Positions 1 to 12,037 of a stretch of 64,000 nucleotides of DNA are shown here, piece after piece. A program made the translations under genes and the position numbers. Origin of the DNA: Marsupella aquatica. Its lineage: Eukaryota; Plantae; Marchantiophyta. How positions within the stretch are numbered: the stretch's first letter is position 1; every line of letters begins with the position of its first letter. The stretch lies in NCBI GenBank assembly GCA_973895155.1, contig OZ316893.1:11734359-11798358 (forward strand), given 5' to 3'. The notes under the pieces were generated by a model, which worked only from the letters and a program-made list of their open reading frames with translations, made no database searches and was not told where the DNA came from.

Positions 1-2167
1 TGCAGTATTCGGGAAGGCATCAAAACATGCTAAATACCTCAGGAAAACCTTCATGAGATGTAGAGAGGTGGGTCTCAAGTTACACCCAGATAAATGTTTT
101 TTTGCAGTAACCGAGGGGGTGCTACTAGGTCACAAGGTATCAAGGAAGGGCATTGAGATTGACAAAGGTAAGCTAGCAGTATGGCTAGATATCATGCAAC
201 CTAAGAACATAAAGGATGTAAGATCCTTCTTGGGATGCATTGGTTACTATCGCCGGTTCATCAAGGATTTTGCCAAGCTGGCTTTACCATTAACCAATAT
301 GCTCAAGGCAGGAGCAGACTTCGAACCCACACCCGAACGAGTCACAGCGGTGGTAGAATTGAAGCAGATGTTAGTAGAGGCCCCAGTCATGATAGCACCG
401 GACTGGAACAAAGATTTTCATGTTTTTGTAGATGTCTCGGGCTTCTGTATTGGCTCAGTACTAAGTCAGTTGGATGAGAAAGGAAGGGACCATCCCATAT
501 ACTTCGCAAGCCGTCAGCTTGCCGATGCCGAACGGAACTACTCTACCACGGAAAGAGAAGCATTAGGAGTCATTTATTCTTGTAAAAAGTTTAGGCATTA
601 TTTACTAGGGTACAAGGTAATCTTTCATACTGATCATGAAAGTTTGAAGTACCTAGTCAATAAGCCGGACCTTACAGGCAGAGTAGCAAGATGGATTTTG
701 CTATTACAGGAGTTTGACTATGAGCTGAGGATCAAGCCGGGAAAGTTACATGCCAATGCCGACTTCTTTTCAAGGATCACAGGTAAACCTGCCACGGATT
801 GCATCGATGATCGATTCCCCGACGAGGAGCTATTCGTTGTGGAAATAGCTGGTACATGGTACCCTGAGATTTTACAATTTCTCAGCACTTCCAGATTACA
901 GCCAGGATTAAGCCGAGAGCAAGCCGCAGTCTTTGTGCGGAAGGTCAGACAGTATCAGTGCATTAAAGGCATACTGCACAAGCATGGAATCAACGACACG
1001 ATTCAAAGATGTTTGGAAAAGAGAGAGGTAAAACGAGTCCTACGGGCCATGCATGGAGAGGAGGCCGGAGGACATTTTGCCCCAGTAACCACGTCTAAGA
1101 AGATATTAAATGCCGGTTACTGGTGGCCCACCTTGCACAAAGATGTCTATCAGTTTATCAAACAATGCGATCCTTGTCAACGAGCGGGAGGACCAAGGGC
1201 GTCCACCAGGCATCCACTGCACCCTATTCTACCTTTGGCACCATTTGAGAAGTGGGGTATTGATTACATTGGACCTCTGAAACCACTGACCCACCCTCGA
1301 CGGAACAAGTACATAATCCTGGCTACGGATTATGCAACTAAATGGGTAGAGGCCAGACCAACAACGAAGGATGATGCAATTACTACGGCTAGATTCATGT
1401 ATGAGCAGATCTTCACCAGGTATGGAGCACCCCTAGAATTAGTTAGTGATAGAGGAACCCATTTTTTGAATGATATAATTAGTCGTTTAAATGAGCAGTA
1501 TTTAGTTAAACATAGGCCTACTACTCCCTACCATCCAAAGGCAAACGGGTTGACAGAACGAGCAAACGGAATCATAGGAAAGATATTGAACAAGACAGTA
1601 GCTCAGAACAAACTCGATTGGGATGATAAATTGTTTGCTGCTGTTTTTGCTTACAATCTTGCCTATAAATCCACTACTGGTCATACACCCTTCTTCTTAA
1701 CCTTTGGACAAGAAGCCCTGGTACCCATGCAACTTGAGATACCGACATTTCAAGTTACAATTGAGGAAAGAGCCTCAGCGGAGGAGAGCCTAAAGGAGCG
1801 AGAATATAGGTTAGAAGCTTTAGAGGAAGCGAGAATGATTTCAGCCGAGAGAGTAGAATATAGACAGAATATCATGAAGCAGCAGTATGATAAAAGGTTA
1901 AAAGTAGTTAGTATTCATACCGGTGATCTTGTGCTACTTTATGATAGTAGGTATAGTAGGTTTCCAGGAAAGCTTTACACTCGCTGGTTAGGACCCTTTA
2001 GAGTAACCATGATGTTCCCCAATGGCTCCGTACAATTGGCCAACATTACGGGAGAGGTATATCCAGTTCGCATCCATTATGACCGCCTCAAGAAATACTA
2101 TATGGACGAAGATGAAGTTGTTCGCGAGGACGCTTCACAATTAAGTGGGGAGCTATGTGATGCCTAG
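1..2167 (+). CDS. pol: Ty3/Gypsy pol, 5'-truncated by the window edge (RT C-terminus, RNase H, integrase); non-chromovirus, Athila-like architecture
   Basis: Open frame with RT end (KLHPDKCFF..LLGHKVS), RNase H (FHVFVDVSGF..NYSTTEREAL), integrase Zn finger (H..GGH..CDPCQ), DDE core (WGIDYIGP, LVSDRGTHF, NGLTERAN) and C-terminal WLGPF. No chromodomain or extra RNase H seen. Confidence 0.95.
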   Translation, partial: AVFGKASKHAKYLRKTFMRCREVGLKLHPDKCFFAVTEGVLLGHKVSRKGIEIDKGKLAVWLDIMQPKNIKDVRSFLGCIGYYRRFIKDFAKLALPLTNMLKAGADFEPTPERVTAVVELKQMLVEAPVMIAPDWNKDFHVFVDVSGFCIGSVLSQLDEKGRDHPIYFASRQLADAERNYSTTEREALGVIYSCKKFRHYLLGYKVIFHTDHESLKYLVNKPDLTGRVARWILLLQEFDYELRIKPGKLHANADFFSRITGKPATDCIDDRFPDEELFVVEIAGTWYPEILQFLSTSRLQPGLSREQAAVFVRKVRQYQCIKGILHKHGINDTIQRCLEKREVKRVLRAMHGEEAGGHFAPVTTSKKILNAGYWWPTLHKDVYQFIKQCDPCQRAGGPRASTRHPLHPILPLAPFEKWGIDYIGPLKPLTHPRRNKYIILATDYATKWVEARPTTKDDAITTARFMYEQIFTRYGAPLELVSDRGTHFLNDIISRLNEQYLVKHRPTTPYHPKANGLTERANGIIGKILNKTVAQNKLDWDDKLFAAVFAYNLAYKSTTGHTPFFLTFGQEALVPMQLEIPTFQVTIEERASAEESLKEREYRLEALEEARMISAERVEYRQNIMKQQYDKRLKVVSIHTGDLVLLYDSRYSRFPGKLYTRWLGPFRVTMMFPNGSVQLANITGEVYPVRIHYDRLKKYYMDEDEVVREDASQLSGELCDA

Positions 2168-2270
2168 ACAAGAATCACTCGGCCGGTTAAGTGGGTAAAG
2201 CAGGAAGGCACCCTAGGAACACCTTAGTATAAGGACAAAACAAGGAAAATATAAACAATTAGGGGCAACC

Positions 2271-5200
2271 ATGGAACCCGGGCAGAGGCCGGAGGTAAGG
2301 CTGAGGGTGAAAACCCGATTAGGGTTAGGGCGCGTTAAGCGTCGGCGGCTAGGAAGGATCAACGGGAAGAAGGACCGGCAGAGGAGAGGGGTAAGGAGCG
2401 CTTGCAGGAGATGGTGGCTCATTTGCGAGCACGAACTAGGCAGACGACTACGGGAGGCCAACTACTGTCAGCTGCTTAGGCAAGCACTCGGGGAGAGAGT
2501 TGATACCGACGATCGACCTAAGGAGGGTATGAGCAACGTCAATCAAGCGACACATTTCTGGGGATGCCTGTTCGAACGGGCAACTGAGTACATCAAGACT
2601 TACGAGGACGAGGAGTCAGAAAGGGCAGCTCGAGAATGGCAGGAGCTCGCTCGATTGTGGGAGCTGCAGAAGACGGCTTTCTTAGGAGGCGAACTCATCA
2701 AGGACGAGTTCCTGTGGACGCCTACTTCCAATCAACTCGACGATCTTCTATTTTGCAAAGACAGCGTCGTCGGCATCCGAGAGGCCATCAAGAACTGCAA
2801 CGACATACACTGGGAATTAAAGGGTAGCACGGAAAGGTGGACCCAGGCAACGGTGCTAGGAGAAACCTCCACGGCAGCAGAGATGAAGAGGAAGGGGGCC
2901 GTCAACGATGAAGCCACCCCGGCAAAAAGAATGAGGTCGGCGGCACCAAAGAGGCCAGCCGAGCAGCAGAGCAGGAGGCAGGGAGAAGCCGAAGAGGAGG
3001 AGGTCGATCCCATCAAGGCCATTCCAACCAGGGATGACACCTGGAAGGGCTGGGCGGCAACCCTACCGGTGGAGGTGCAACTACATTTTGCACGGGAGGA
3101 GGATGCATGCTTTACGGCCATGCAGACCAAGAAGTACCAAGGCTTCATGGCCGGATCCGGCTTGGAGGCCTTTGTAAGATTACCATGGCTGAAGCCGGAG
3201 GTACCGGAGTCAGACCTATTAGAATTCGTGGGGTCATGGGAACCCGAGACCAATTGCACGAGGATATATGGGAAGGATTTCTATCTTACTCCCAAGGTAA
3301 TTGCCGAAGTGTTTGGCTTGCCGATAGGCAATAAGACCAAAGTTGATACCAGGAAGACCTTGCCTGACAAGGAGTTCCGGTCGTTCCCCGGGCCATCAAC
3401 GAAGAATGGCTTCTTTCGGAACACCTGCACCAACCCGCACATAGGAGAGATGATCGACTTCTTGCGGGTGACCATGCATTGTAACTTGCCGAGGGCAGAG
3501 ATCGGCAAGGCACAGGTCTATCTGGCAGAAAGGCCAGACCCAAGCCGGGACTACAACGGGTACCTCCTCAACCAATTGAAGAAGATCTTAAAGGAGGAGC
3601 AGCAGGTAATCAGCATGGGGAGGTGTCGCGGCTTGGCTATCACATGCCGCTGTTGTGCCGGTATGCCAGAGGTCATACTTTTGCCCCGGTACTTCCCCTG
3701 CAGGTAAGGGCACCCGAGGAAGCTCCAACGCCGAGGCCGTTGGCTGAGAAGCCTCAACCACCTGTTAGTCCTACGATCGAGCAGGTGTTTAGGCCCAGGA
3801 AGGAAGACTTGCCGATGCAGCAACCAGGCATGCAGAGTCTGCTGAAACTACTGGAGAAAGAAAAGAAATCGGCATCGGCAACAACAACGGCAACGACAAC
3901 AATGCAGGACACTACTACAGAGGTAGGCCTACACCGGCTCACAAGAGAAAACCCCTTTGCTGGAGACAAGGAGAGAATCAGGCCGGAATCCAAGCCAGGT
4001 GTTCGAATGTACGTGGGAACCTCAAGCTCCGAATCTGAGGCAAAATTGCCTGAAGCTCCTACCGACGAAGAGGAGAGGGAGAAGCCGGACGTCCAAGAGG
4101 TAGAAGAGGCAGTGGAGGACTGCAGCCATGATAATTCCGGCTATGGGTCGGACCATCACGTTCCAGGAGTAAGGACCTGTGGCCGGTTTGTCCCCACACT
4201 TCCAAGGGTAGTGCGAGGGGACCCCAACCAGCAGAGTAGCCCTGAGTCTCCCCCACCAGATGTTGCTCCCCCGAGCTTCGACGGCATAAAACAGACGGTG
4301 CAGGAATTTCAGGAGCGAATCAGGCAGGAGGAGGAGGTCGCCCTGGCTAAGGAAAAGGATTTACCAGGAGGAGATTGGCCGGAGGACATCAGGCGGCTAG
4401 CCGAAAAAGGAAGCACACCTCTAGCCACGATTGAAGAGATCCGCAGGATGGCTTGGGAGCAGAGGCCACGATGGGCGATGCCGATCACTTCTACTTACTC
4501 CACCTACGCTAAGAATAGAGCCATGGAGTATGGTGAGATGTGTGGGGAACTTGCGCTCGGCATCTTTGGAGAGGAGTTGGAGATAGGACCCTTTTTCCAT
4601 AGGGAGCAGTTGGAGAAGCACCAATTAGAAGAAGCGGTGGCTTTAGAGAGAAGCAAGAAGGACGAGGTCATTCGGCGGCTTAGGAGGATGGAAGCCGAGA
4701 TTGAAGATCTAAGGGCGGCCAAGAAAGCCCAAGATGAACTGCGGATTAAACGACATGAGCTGAACATCATGCAGGGGCAGTTGGACACCGCGCAGGCTGA
4801 TAATCAGAATATCAAGGATAAACTGACTCAGACGCAGGAAGAGTTGGCCGACACAATCAAAGAGAGGGAGAAGTGGAAGCAAGAGCTGAAGAATACAGAG
4901 GAGGCCCACATAACAGCCAACAGCCGGGCCATGGCGGAGACCCAAAGAAAGGAATGGGCGTTGAAAGGGGAGCTCGAGAAAATCCGCGGAGCCCTTGAGC
5001 AGAAGGAGGTCGAGTTAGGGAAATCCTATCAAGGGATTATGGCGCTGCAGCAGGAGCTTGCGTCCCTGACGGCCAGCTTCAAGGCCGACCTAAGGGAGAA
5101 GGACGAGATGCTCGAACAGACTTACGCCAAGATGAACCAGATGGAGTCTGTCATCATTGCAGAGCTCGACAAGGAGCTAAGAGCAACCCAGGAGGAGAGG

Positions 5201-5869
5201 GCTACCTTGAAGAAGGAATTGGAGGAAGCCCACAGGGAGCAGGAGGAGGCCAAAAACGAGCTGGAGGGGGCACGTAAGGACCTGGATGAAACCCAAGAGG
5301 AGTTGGAGGAAATCACGAGGAAGATGGAGAACCTACAGCGGCGGGCCAACAACCAAACAGAGCGGCTGAAGAAACAAGCCGCAGTATTTAAATGCTTAGC
5401 TGCAGCAGGTCCATCTCCCGTTGGGACAAACCAGTTACCAGGGGTGGTAATTGCCGAAGGACAAGCCGCGCCACCTGCACCAGTGCCGGAAGTAAGTGGG
5501 AAGGGGAAGGGACCAGCTGCCGAGCCACCAACGAAGAAGAAGCGGAAACCTTCAGGGTCAAGGAGTAATACGACTTCACAGGCCGTGGTGATCAAGGAGG
5601 TAGACCCAGCACCGACCCCAGACAGGGTCACGGCTAAGGATCCAACTACCCTAGGGGAAGGGGAGGCCGAAGCCGAGGGAGTGACTGAGGCCGAAGCCGT
5701 GGGTATTGCCGAGGCCGGTGTCGAGGCTGAAGCCGAAGGTGGACCCAGTCAGGCCGATGGAGAGTTGACTCGGTCAAGGGCAGGTAATCTGTCAGTAGGC
5801 GGGCCAACGGCAGTGGCTGAGGAGGAAGTGTTGGGGGCGTCCATTGAGGATCCACCACCGGTGTCGTGA
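2271..5869 (+). CDS. Accessory sense ORF downstream of Gypsy pol (plant-transposon-protein-like helical domain, long coiled coil, low-complexity tail), split by one frameshift near 3620
   Basis: ORFs 2271-3707 and 3623-5869 join as ...MGEVSRLGYHMPLL... if one G is added to the G run at 3617-3620. The motif GLEAFVRLPW...LLEFVGSWE...LTPKVIAEVFGLP resembles extra ORFs of Athila-type elements. An E/K/L heptad region spans about 4600-5380. Confidence 0.7.
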
Positions 5870-8800
5870 CGGTGCAAGGGCGCCGTTCCTTTTAGGGAGG
5901 GCGGACGTGGAGGGAGGAGGCGTGAGTGGGTAGGGCAGGCGCGGATCTCCACGTTTAGGATTAGGATCAGAACCAGGAGCGGACCTGACACTTAGCTTAG
6001 TGGGATTGCGGTCCCACTGGTAGGAGCAACACTTGTGCTCCTGCCTTGCTGTACATAGGTAGATTCGGGCAAGTAGATTACTGTTAAGTAGATTAGGCTT
6101 ACGATGCAAAGAATGGCGGATCCACTACCAGGATAAGTACCTGGGCAGCGGGGAGCTCAGGGCCTCTTCTTTAGCAAGTTTTTAGTTTGCACCAGCCGGG
6201 CTGGGATCAAGTAGTACGAGAAGCTCTCGGTTAGTCATACAGTGACCCTTGTGTATATTCATGTTTCCTCATGCCTAAGAGCTGAATAGAGTTGGCCTCA
6301 CGGCTTAGTTCGCAGAACTTGTGTATGAGATGTACTGTTTGTATGGCAAGTGCATGGTATGACTCAGTCAGAATGAGTCATTTTGCTATTTGTGTGTCGC
6401 ATTAACTTGTGTGAAGAGTGCCCACATCAACAGAAGGAAGGAAAGTAAGCAGGGGAGTGAGAGTTGGATGTGTCGAGCTGAGAGAGGTCTTAGCGGCTTA
6501 ACCAAGCCTATTGGGGATCATTCCGGCGGCGGAATCCAAACATACCTAACAAGAAGACAGGGGAAGACAGGGGAAGGCCTATATTAGGCCGGCTACGTAT
6601 CTCATGACCCGATGAAGGATCTGTCCAGTATATGTGTGTAAAATGTTAATAGTAGTAGTAGAAGGTTAGCAGCGTCCCATGCCGCTAAGCCGCGGAAACG
6701 GCCTCGCCAAGCACGAAACCTGCGGGAATCGGCTTGAGCTGGGGGGTTTCTTGGGTTTAGGGAGCCGTGGGACGCACCACATGAACCGACCACCTAAAGG
6801 AAGGGAAGGCAAGAAGTTACGAGGAGAGAAGAAACAAACAGTAGGTAGACACCCAAAACAACATTTACTCTCAATGAGGTCTAAGTAGACGCAGCAACAG
6901 GTGAGCAAGCGCAATAGAGAAGATTATAGGATAGCGGGGAAAAAACAATGACAACAACAAAGGACATCAAATTTGGCAGAAAAGAGGTCACAACAAAAGT
7001 AGTAGCAGTCACAAGAGAGTGGACACTTGGAGATTTGTAGACGAGCAAAAGTACCGGAAGTGAAAGAATGTCCGTGGAGGGTGTTCAATGGAAGAGGCAG
7101 TTTTGGTCTAGATAGGTATGAAATAGATGCATCTAATGTGTGCATGTGAGTGATAGGGACGGACATCCATATTTTTGTTTTCAGTAGCATTGGTTCCACT
7201 GACAACATCAGGAAATAAGGCTGCAGGGGACGGATCAAGATCTTGGAGGTGAAAAAATATTGCCCAAATTAACGAGTTGTGCATGTAATGTTGTGCAGTC
7301 TAATGCAAAAGCTCAAATCTTGCCCTTGCTCCTTGCCTGGTTCACAACTTACGTAGAAACAAGTGCTGGCCATGATACACTAATCTATGTTACCAAGTAC
7401 CACGTGACCCTCCTTGCACAGTTTCACACAGACAACAAGCACCGGCAATGCCTTCATCAGCACCACCTCTTCCAAAGAAGGATCTATGACCTCAAACCGA
7501 CAACTTCTCACATTAGCATCCATTATGCCATGCATGGCCTCCTCGACATGCACAATCATCAAATCAAAAATCTCTAAGGTAAGGATATTGTACACCACGT
7601 AACTCTAAACCAGGACCTCCTGGCCGAAGCTGCACATTCTAAACCTCAATCAAGAGTCTAATCAAAAAGTTTATTTTGATGCAGTCACAAGTCTCACAAG
7701 CACCTTACTGCAAAAGCTTTACTTTTTTGCTCAAAATGCGCTTAGAAGACTACTTTGAGAGAAAAAAGGAGTTGCTTGAGAGCGAGGTCAATCTTGTGCG
7801 GGATGAGCAATTAAGCTGATTGCAAGAGAAAGTTGGAACAAGCAATACCGGTAAAGAATTCCAAAGGATTTGAGAGGAACAAAATGGTGACTATTGATCT
7901 CCACTCCTTAAGAGATAAGACCAATCGTCTGAGATGTGATCACCTAGTGATGCGGAGGATGGTGCTAGAATGTACCTCAAATGTTGGAAATGGAGACTAC
8001 ATAGGGCTGATGTATCTGTTGGGACTCTCCCAAGTGATTGACACCCGAGTCAACGGTCGGGGAGCAAGAACTTTCACATTGTCATTGCCTTGTCAAATGC
8101 AATCATGTAACTCGGTCAATGCAATATAAATCAATTCATTCAGGTTGCAACTTGTAGTAAAGTTGTTTGCGCCACTCTATAGCTCTCATCGCTCCAACCA
8201 GCAGCTCTCCAATGCAAACTTGTTCCAACCCGCAGCCTTAATTTGCAGCTTGAGCTTGGAAGCATGTTGAGTCCCTTCAAGAAAAGCTTGCACCCGAGCT
8301 TGTAGCAATTATGGCTCAAAATCAGCCTCAGTAATAGTGTGTCCCTTCTGAGTTGGTCACTCTCACTTCACGCGTGCACCCCAGCTTGCAACCGCCGCCA
8401 GCACAAAGCTATGCAATGCTGAAAAAGACACAAGAGAGCAACCTGCCTCAAGGAATCCCTCGTCCAAGAAAAACAACCTCACTAAACCCCTTGCAAAAAT
8501 GTGATTGTGACTCCACTTGCTCCACACACACACAATGACAGACAGACTGAGCCTTGTATCCCTCCGGGTGTACATCTCCCCTCACAACGATCCCCACCAC
8601 ATCCCAAGTAAAGAGGGTTTGGCCCGGTTTATTTGCAAAACACCACGTCCAAAATTTATTGCTTGAAACCCACCCTTAAAACCTCATAGTTATACTAAGA
8701 AGTTATAATAAAGGACTTAAATGACATCTCAACAACATACTCATAAAAAGGGAGGCGAGGTTGTGTTACCCACAGGTCAAAACATACTACTTCCAGAAGT

Positions 8801-9087
8801 TGCTGTGAGACCTCTAAAATAATGAAAATAAGAAGTTTATGGTAATAGATAAGTTTTTCCCTCAGTCCAACATGGATAAATACTTAGTATTAGTTGGAGG
8901 GAGTGTTATTTAATTACTTATGAGTTTTGGGGCTTGAGAAATATTTTACTAAAATGGTGACACCATTTTAGGAACCCTTCGACCCAAAACTAGACTTTGA
9001 GTGGCCAAGAAAAAATATATTTTGAAAATAATAATTTAGCCTAGGGTTGAAGAGTTATAGCTAAACATAAAATTGGCACCTAAATAT

Positions 9088-9419
9088 TGTTAAGGATTGC
9101 TCTTAGTCTTGTGACTCATAGGTTACGGCACTTAGGCTAACCACAGTTAGGATCTTAGTTGAGGTTAGATTAGTCGTGTGTGACCTTGTATATACCAGGG
9201 CTAGTGTAAGCCGCTGGTGGGTGGTGCTTACTCATTGTAACAGAACAACAGGAGGAAGAGAGAGAGCATGTGTGTTCGTCTACTCTTGAAGTAAAGCTTG
9301 AGTGTTCGTGTGGACGTAGCCTTGGAGAAGAGGTGAACCACGTAGAGATTGTGTCGACTACGTGTGCATGGAATGAGTCATGGTTGTATGGTCGTTGCGA
9401 ATGACGTCTTAGTTCAACA
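9088..9419 (+). repeat. Copia 5' LTR (332 bp)
   Basis: Direct repeat of 15469-15800 with 2 substitutions seen by eye; begins TGTTAAG, ends TTCAACA. Confidence 0.97.
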
Positions 9420-9421
9420 AT

Positions 9422-9433
9422 TGGTATCAGAGC
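9422..9433 (+). promoter_or_regulatory. Primer binding site for initiator tRNA-Met
   Basis: TGGTATCAGAGC, 2 nt after the 5' LTR. Confidence 0.95.
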
Positions 9434-10288
9434 AAGTCTGGGAGGTGACGTTGAGGTGATCAAAATTTTCGTGACGTGTTGGTGACGGTTTTTCCAGCGG
9501 TTAGAGTTGGTGGATTTCACGGAGATCTATCGCATGGAACTTGGAGGTGTTGGGCTCAACAGATAGATCGGGGCAAGGGCTTTCCGATGGTGCAAAGAAA
9601 TCTCTGAACGGAGTTCGTGGTGCGGAGGAATTGATGTTTCCGTCGTTCTGGATTTTTTGTGATTCGTGTTCGACGGTTTTCTTCGACGGTTCTTTTTGGG
9701 GGGAACTGAGATCGTTTTCCCGACGGTGTGAGCTTTGTGGTGCGCGAGGCGTCACAACCTTTAGCTCAAATCGTAGATCGGGCAAAGCTGATCATTTCGG
9801 TAGCTGGTTTGCTATCGAGGGTGTAGTGAGTGCGATGTACCAAGCAAACGAGCCGTTCTGAGTTTCTGACTGGCTATGGAGTCTTCTTTTGACTGAAGCG
9901 GGGTTTCTAGTCGTTGCGTTCGACTCAAAGGAAGAAACGGGAAGTGCAATGGCTCAACGGAGAGATCGCGGTGCAGTGGTCGTTTTGAGTCCAAGATTGA
10001 CACTTGACGCGGAGTGAAGGAGTCGTGACAGGAATTTTTTACTCTGCTAGAGTTGCAAACGGTGCCGGTGCAATTCGGTAACATTTCCCGTCGACAACTA
10101 GTCTTTATCTGGTGTAAAGTGATAACGGCAGTGTGAGTAACCCAACAATTTTTATTTTTTATTTTTTGTGCACATTTTGCCTTAGAATAGGGCCTTTTTG
10201 GTGGTGTGTATACACACCCTCCCGACCCTTGCACCCCTGTCAATACCCCGTTGGCGACCCCCTCCTCCTCCTCGCTAATACTCCCATC

Positions 10289-10432
10289 GCGGACGTCCCG
10301 GCCGTCCCAGACGTCACGGCCGGCGCGGACATCGCGGCCGTCCTGGACGTCGCAGCCGGCGCGGACGTCTTGGCCGTCCCAGATGTCACGGCCGGCGCGG
10401 ACTTCACGGCCGTCCCGGATGTCCTGGTCGTC
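10289..10432. repeat. GC-rich tandem repeat (4 x 36 bp, made of 18-bp subunits) in the Copia leader
   Basis: gcggacgtcccggccgtcccagacgtcacggccggc followed by three variant copies. Confidence 0.85.
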
Positions 10433-11137
10433 GTAGCTCCATCCCTGCCCATTTTGACTCGGTTTTTTACTCCCCGACCCCCTGTGCACTGCCTGGCCCG
10501 TCACGCGTATAGGATGCACCTTTTTTAAGAGTATTTTTGTGTTCTTAAACCCCCTTAGGCCCGGTTTTTTAATCCTTTCCAGGCTCCTCATTGGTTAAGC
10601 GGCATCTCGGGCCCGGTGACCCACCAAATTAACCGCTTGGACAAGGGGAACGGCCCCCTGTGAGACCTGTTTCACAGTCCAAGGAATTTTCCGAAAAAAC
10701 AGAGAGCTATTTTTTGGCCTTTAGTCGAAGATTCCAAGGTCCGAACGGTAACTTTTTCGGATCGTTTTTGGCGAGAACGTAGCCACTGAAGCTAGCAACG
10801 CGGTGCACCACTCGATTTCCATTTCCGACGATGGGTGGTACTTGGATATTTTCTTATTCCCCGAGGTGGTCAAAACGGGAGAGAATTTTTGAGTTTTACC
10901 CACCCCGACCGAAATGTGAAAAAGTTTTTCGTCGGAACTCAGTTTCGATTTCGGATTTCAGCGTTGGCTTGCTAGGTTGGTGGGCTAAGTGGCGGTGACA
11001 AGTTTCAAGGTTTTTGGAAAGTTGCGAAAAACGACATTTTTTCGTGATTTGGATTTGAGTCAACGCGAAGGAAGGAAGGAAAAAGCATATAGGGAGCAGC
11101 ACAGCAATAGCACGTGGAGAACGTTGGGAGGACAACG

Positions 11138-12037
11138 ATGGCATCCAAGTTTGGAGGTGTCAAGTTTGAGGTGGAAAAATATGATGGGCGCACAGATTAT
11201 TTGCTATGGGAGAAGCAGGTTAAGGGAATTCTTCGTGCTATGGGCCTAGATCATCTACTATCGACTCGGGAGGAGTCTAGCAGTGAGGAGGAGATCCCGT
11301 TGAGGAAATGGAGGCAAGAGCAAGTGATTGCTGTGAATGCGGTTATGCTGTATCTGAAGCCGCATATCATTAAGAAGCTAGACGACTACGAGGATTGCGT
11401 ATCCTTATTCAAGGCCCTCAGAGAGAAGTACTACCGAGAGGATGCCTCAGATCGGTTGTACAAGAAGTCTCTCTTGATGAGCTTGAGACTAAAAGGAGGC
11501 AAGCTTCGAGATCACTTGGATGAATTCGACAGCCTAGTTGTAGATTTGTCAAATTTTGGCAAGGGAGTGGAAGATGAAGATAAGGCATTGCTTCTTCTCA
11601 GTTCCTTACCCCCATCATATCAAGGTTTGAAGCAGGTTCTCTTGTATAGAGATCTCAAAACCATTTCATATGATGAGGTGGTAAGCTCTTTGTTGTCAGA
11701 TGATGCACAGAAGAAACTGGGTCATGCCCAGACACCATCTTCATCTGGCAGTGCATTGAATGTGAACCGCGGGAGGACTCAACAGCGGATGACTGGTGAA
11801 AACAGGTCCTTTTCACAAATGTACCCCTCACGGAATAGAGGCAAGGAGAAGGCTCGGTCTAAGTCTAGATCCAGGTCTAGAGAGAAATCTCTAGAAAGGA
11901 AACCAATTATATGCTGGAAATGTAATAAGCCTGGCCACATGAAACGAGACTGTCGAGTCAAGCAGATTCATCAACCATCAGCGAACGCAGCCACTGATGT
12001 TGATATGATTGACTTGCTTGATGATGAAATCTTGTGA
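11138..12037 (+). CDS. gag: Copia Gag
   Basis: MASKFGGVKFEVEKYDG..., UBN2-like core (DEDKALLLLSSLPPSY) and zinc knuckle CWKCNKPGHMKRDC; ends TGA at 12035-12037. Confidence 0.93.
   Translation: MASKFGGVKFEVEKYDGRTDYLLWEKQVKGILRAMGLDHLLSTREESSSEEEIPLRKWRQEQVIAVNAVMLYLKPHIIKKLDDYEDCVSLFKALREKYYREDASDRLYKKSLLMSLRLKGGKLRDHLDEFDSLVVDLSNFGKGVEDEDKALLLLSSLPPSYQGLKQVLLYRDLKTISYDEVVSSLLSDDAQKKLGHAQTPSSSGSALNVNRGRTQQRMTGENRSFSQMYPSRNRGKEKARSKSRSRSREKSLERKPIICWKCNKPGHMKRDCRVKQIHQPSANAATDVDMIDLLDDEIL

Noticed and set aside
5870-7250. 3' LTR and PPT of the first Gypsy element
   Set aside because: There are several purine tracts (for example about 6433-6457), but the 5' LTR is outside the window, so no boundary can be fixed.
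7260-8600. Short ORFs that might be a gene or TE relic
   Set aside because: No recognisable motif in any listed frame and no TIR or TSD found.
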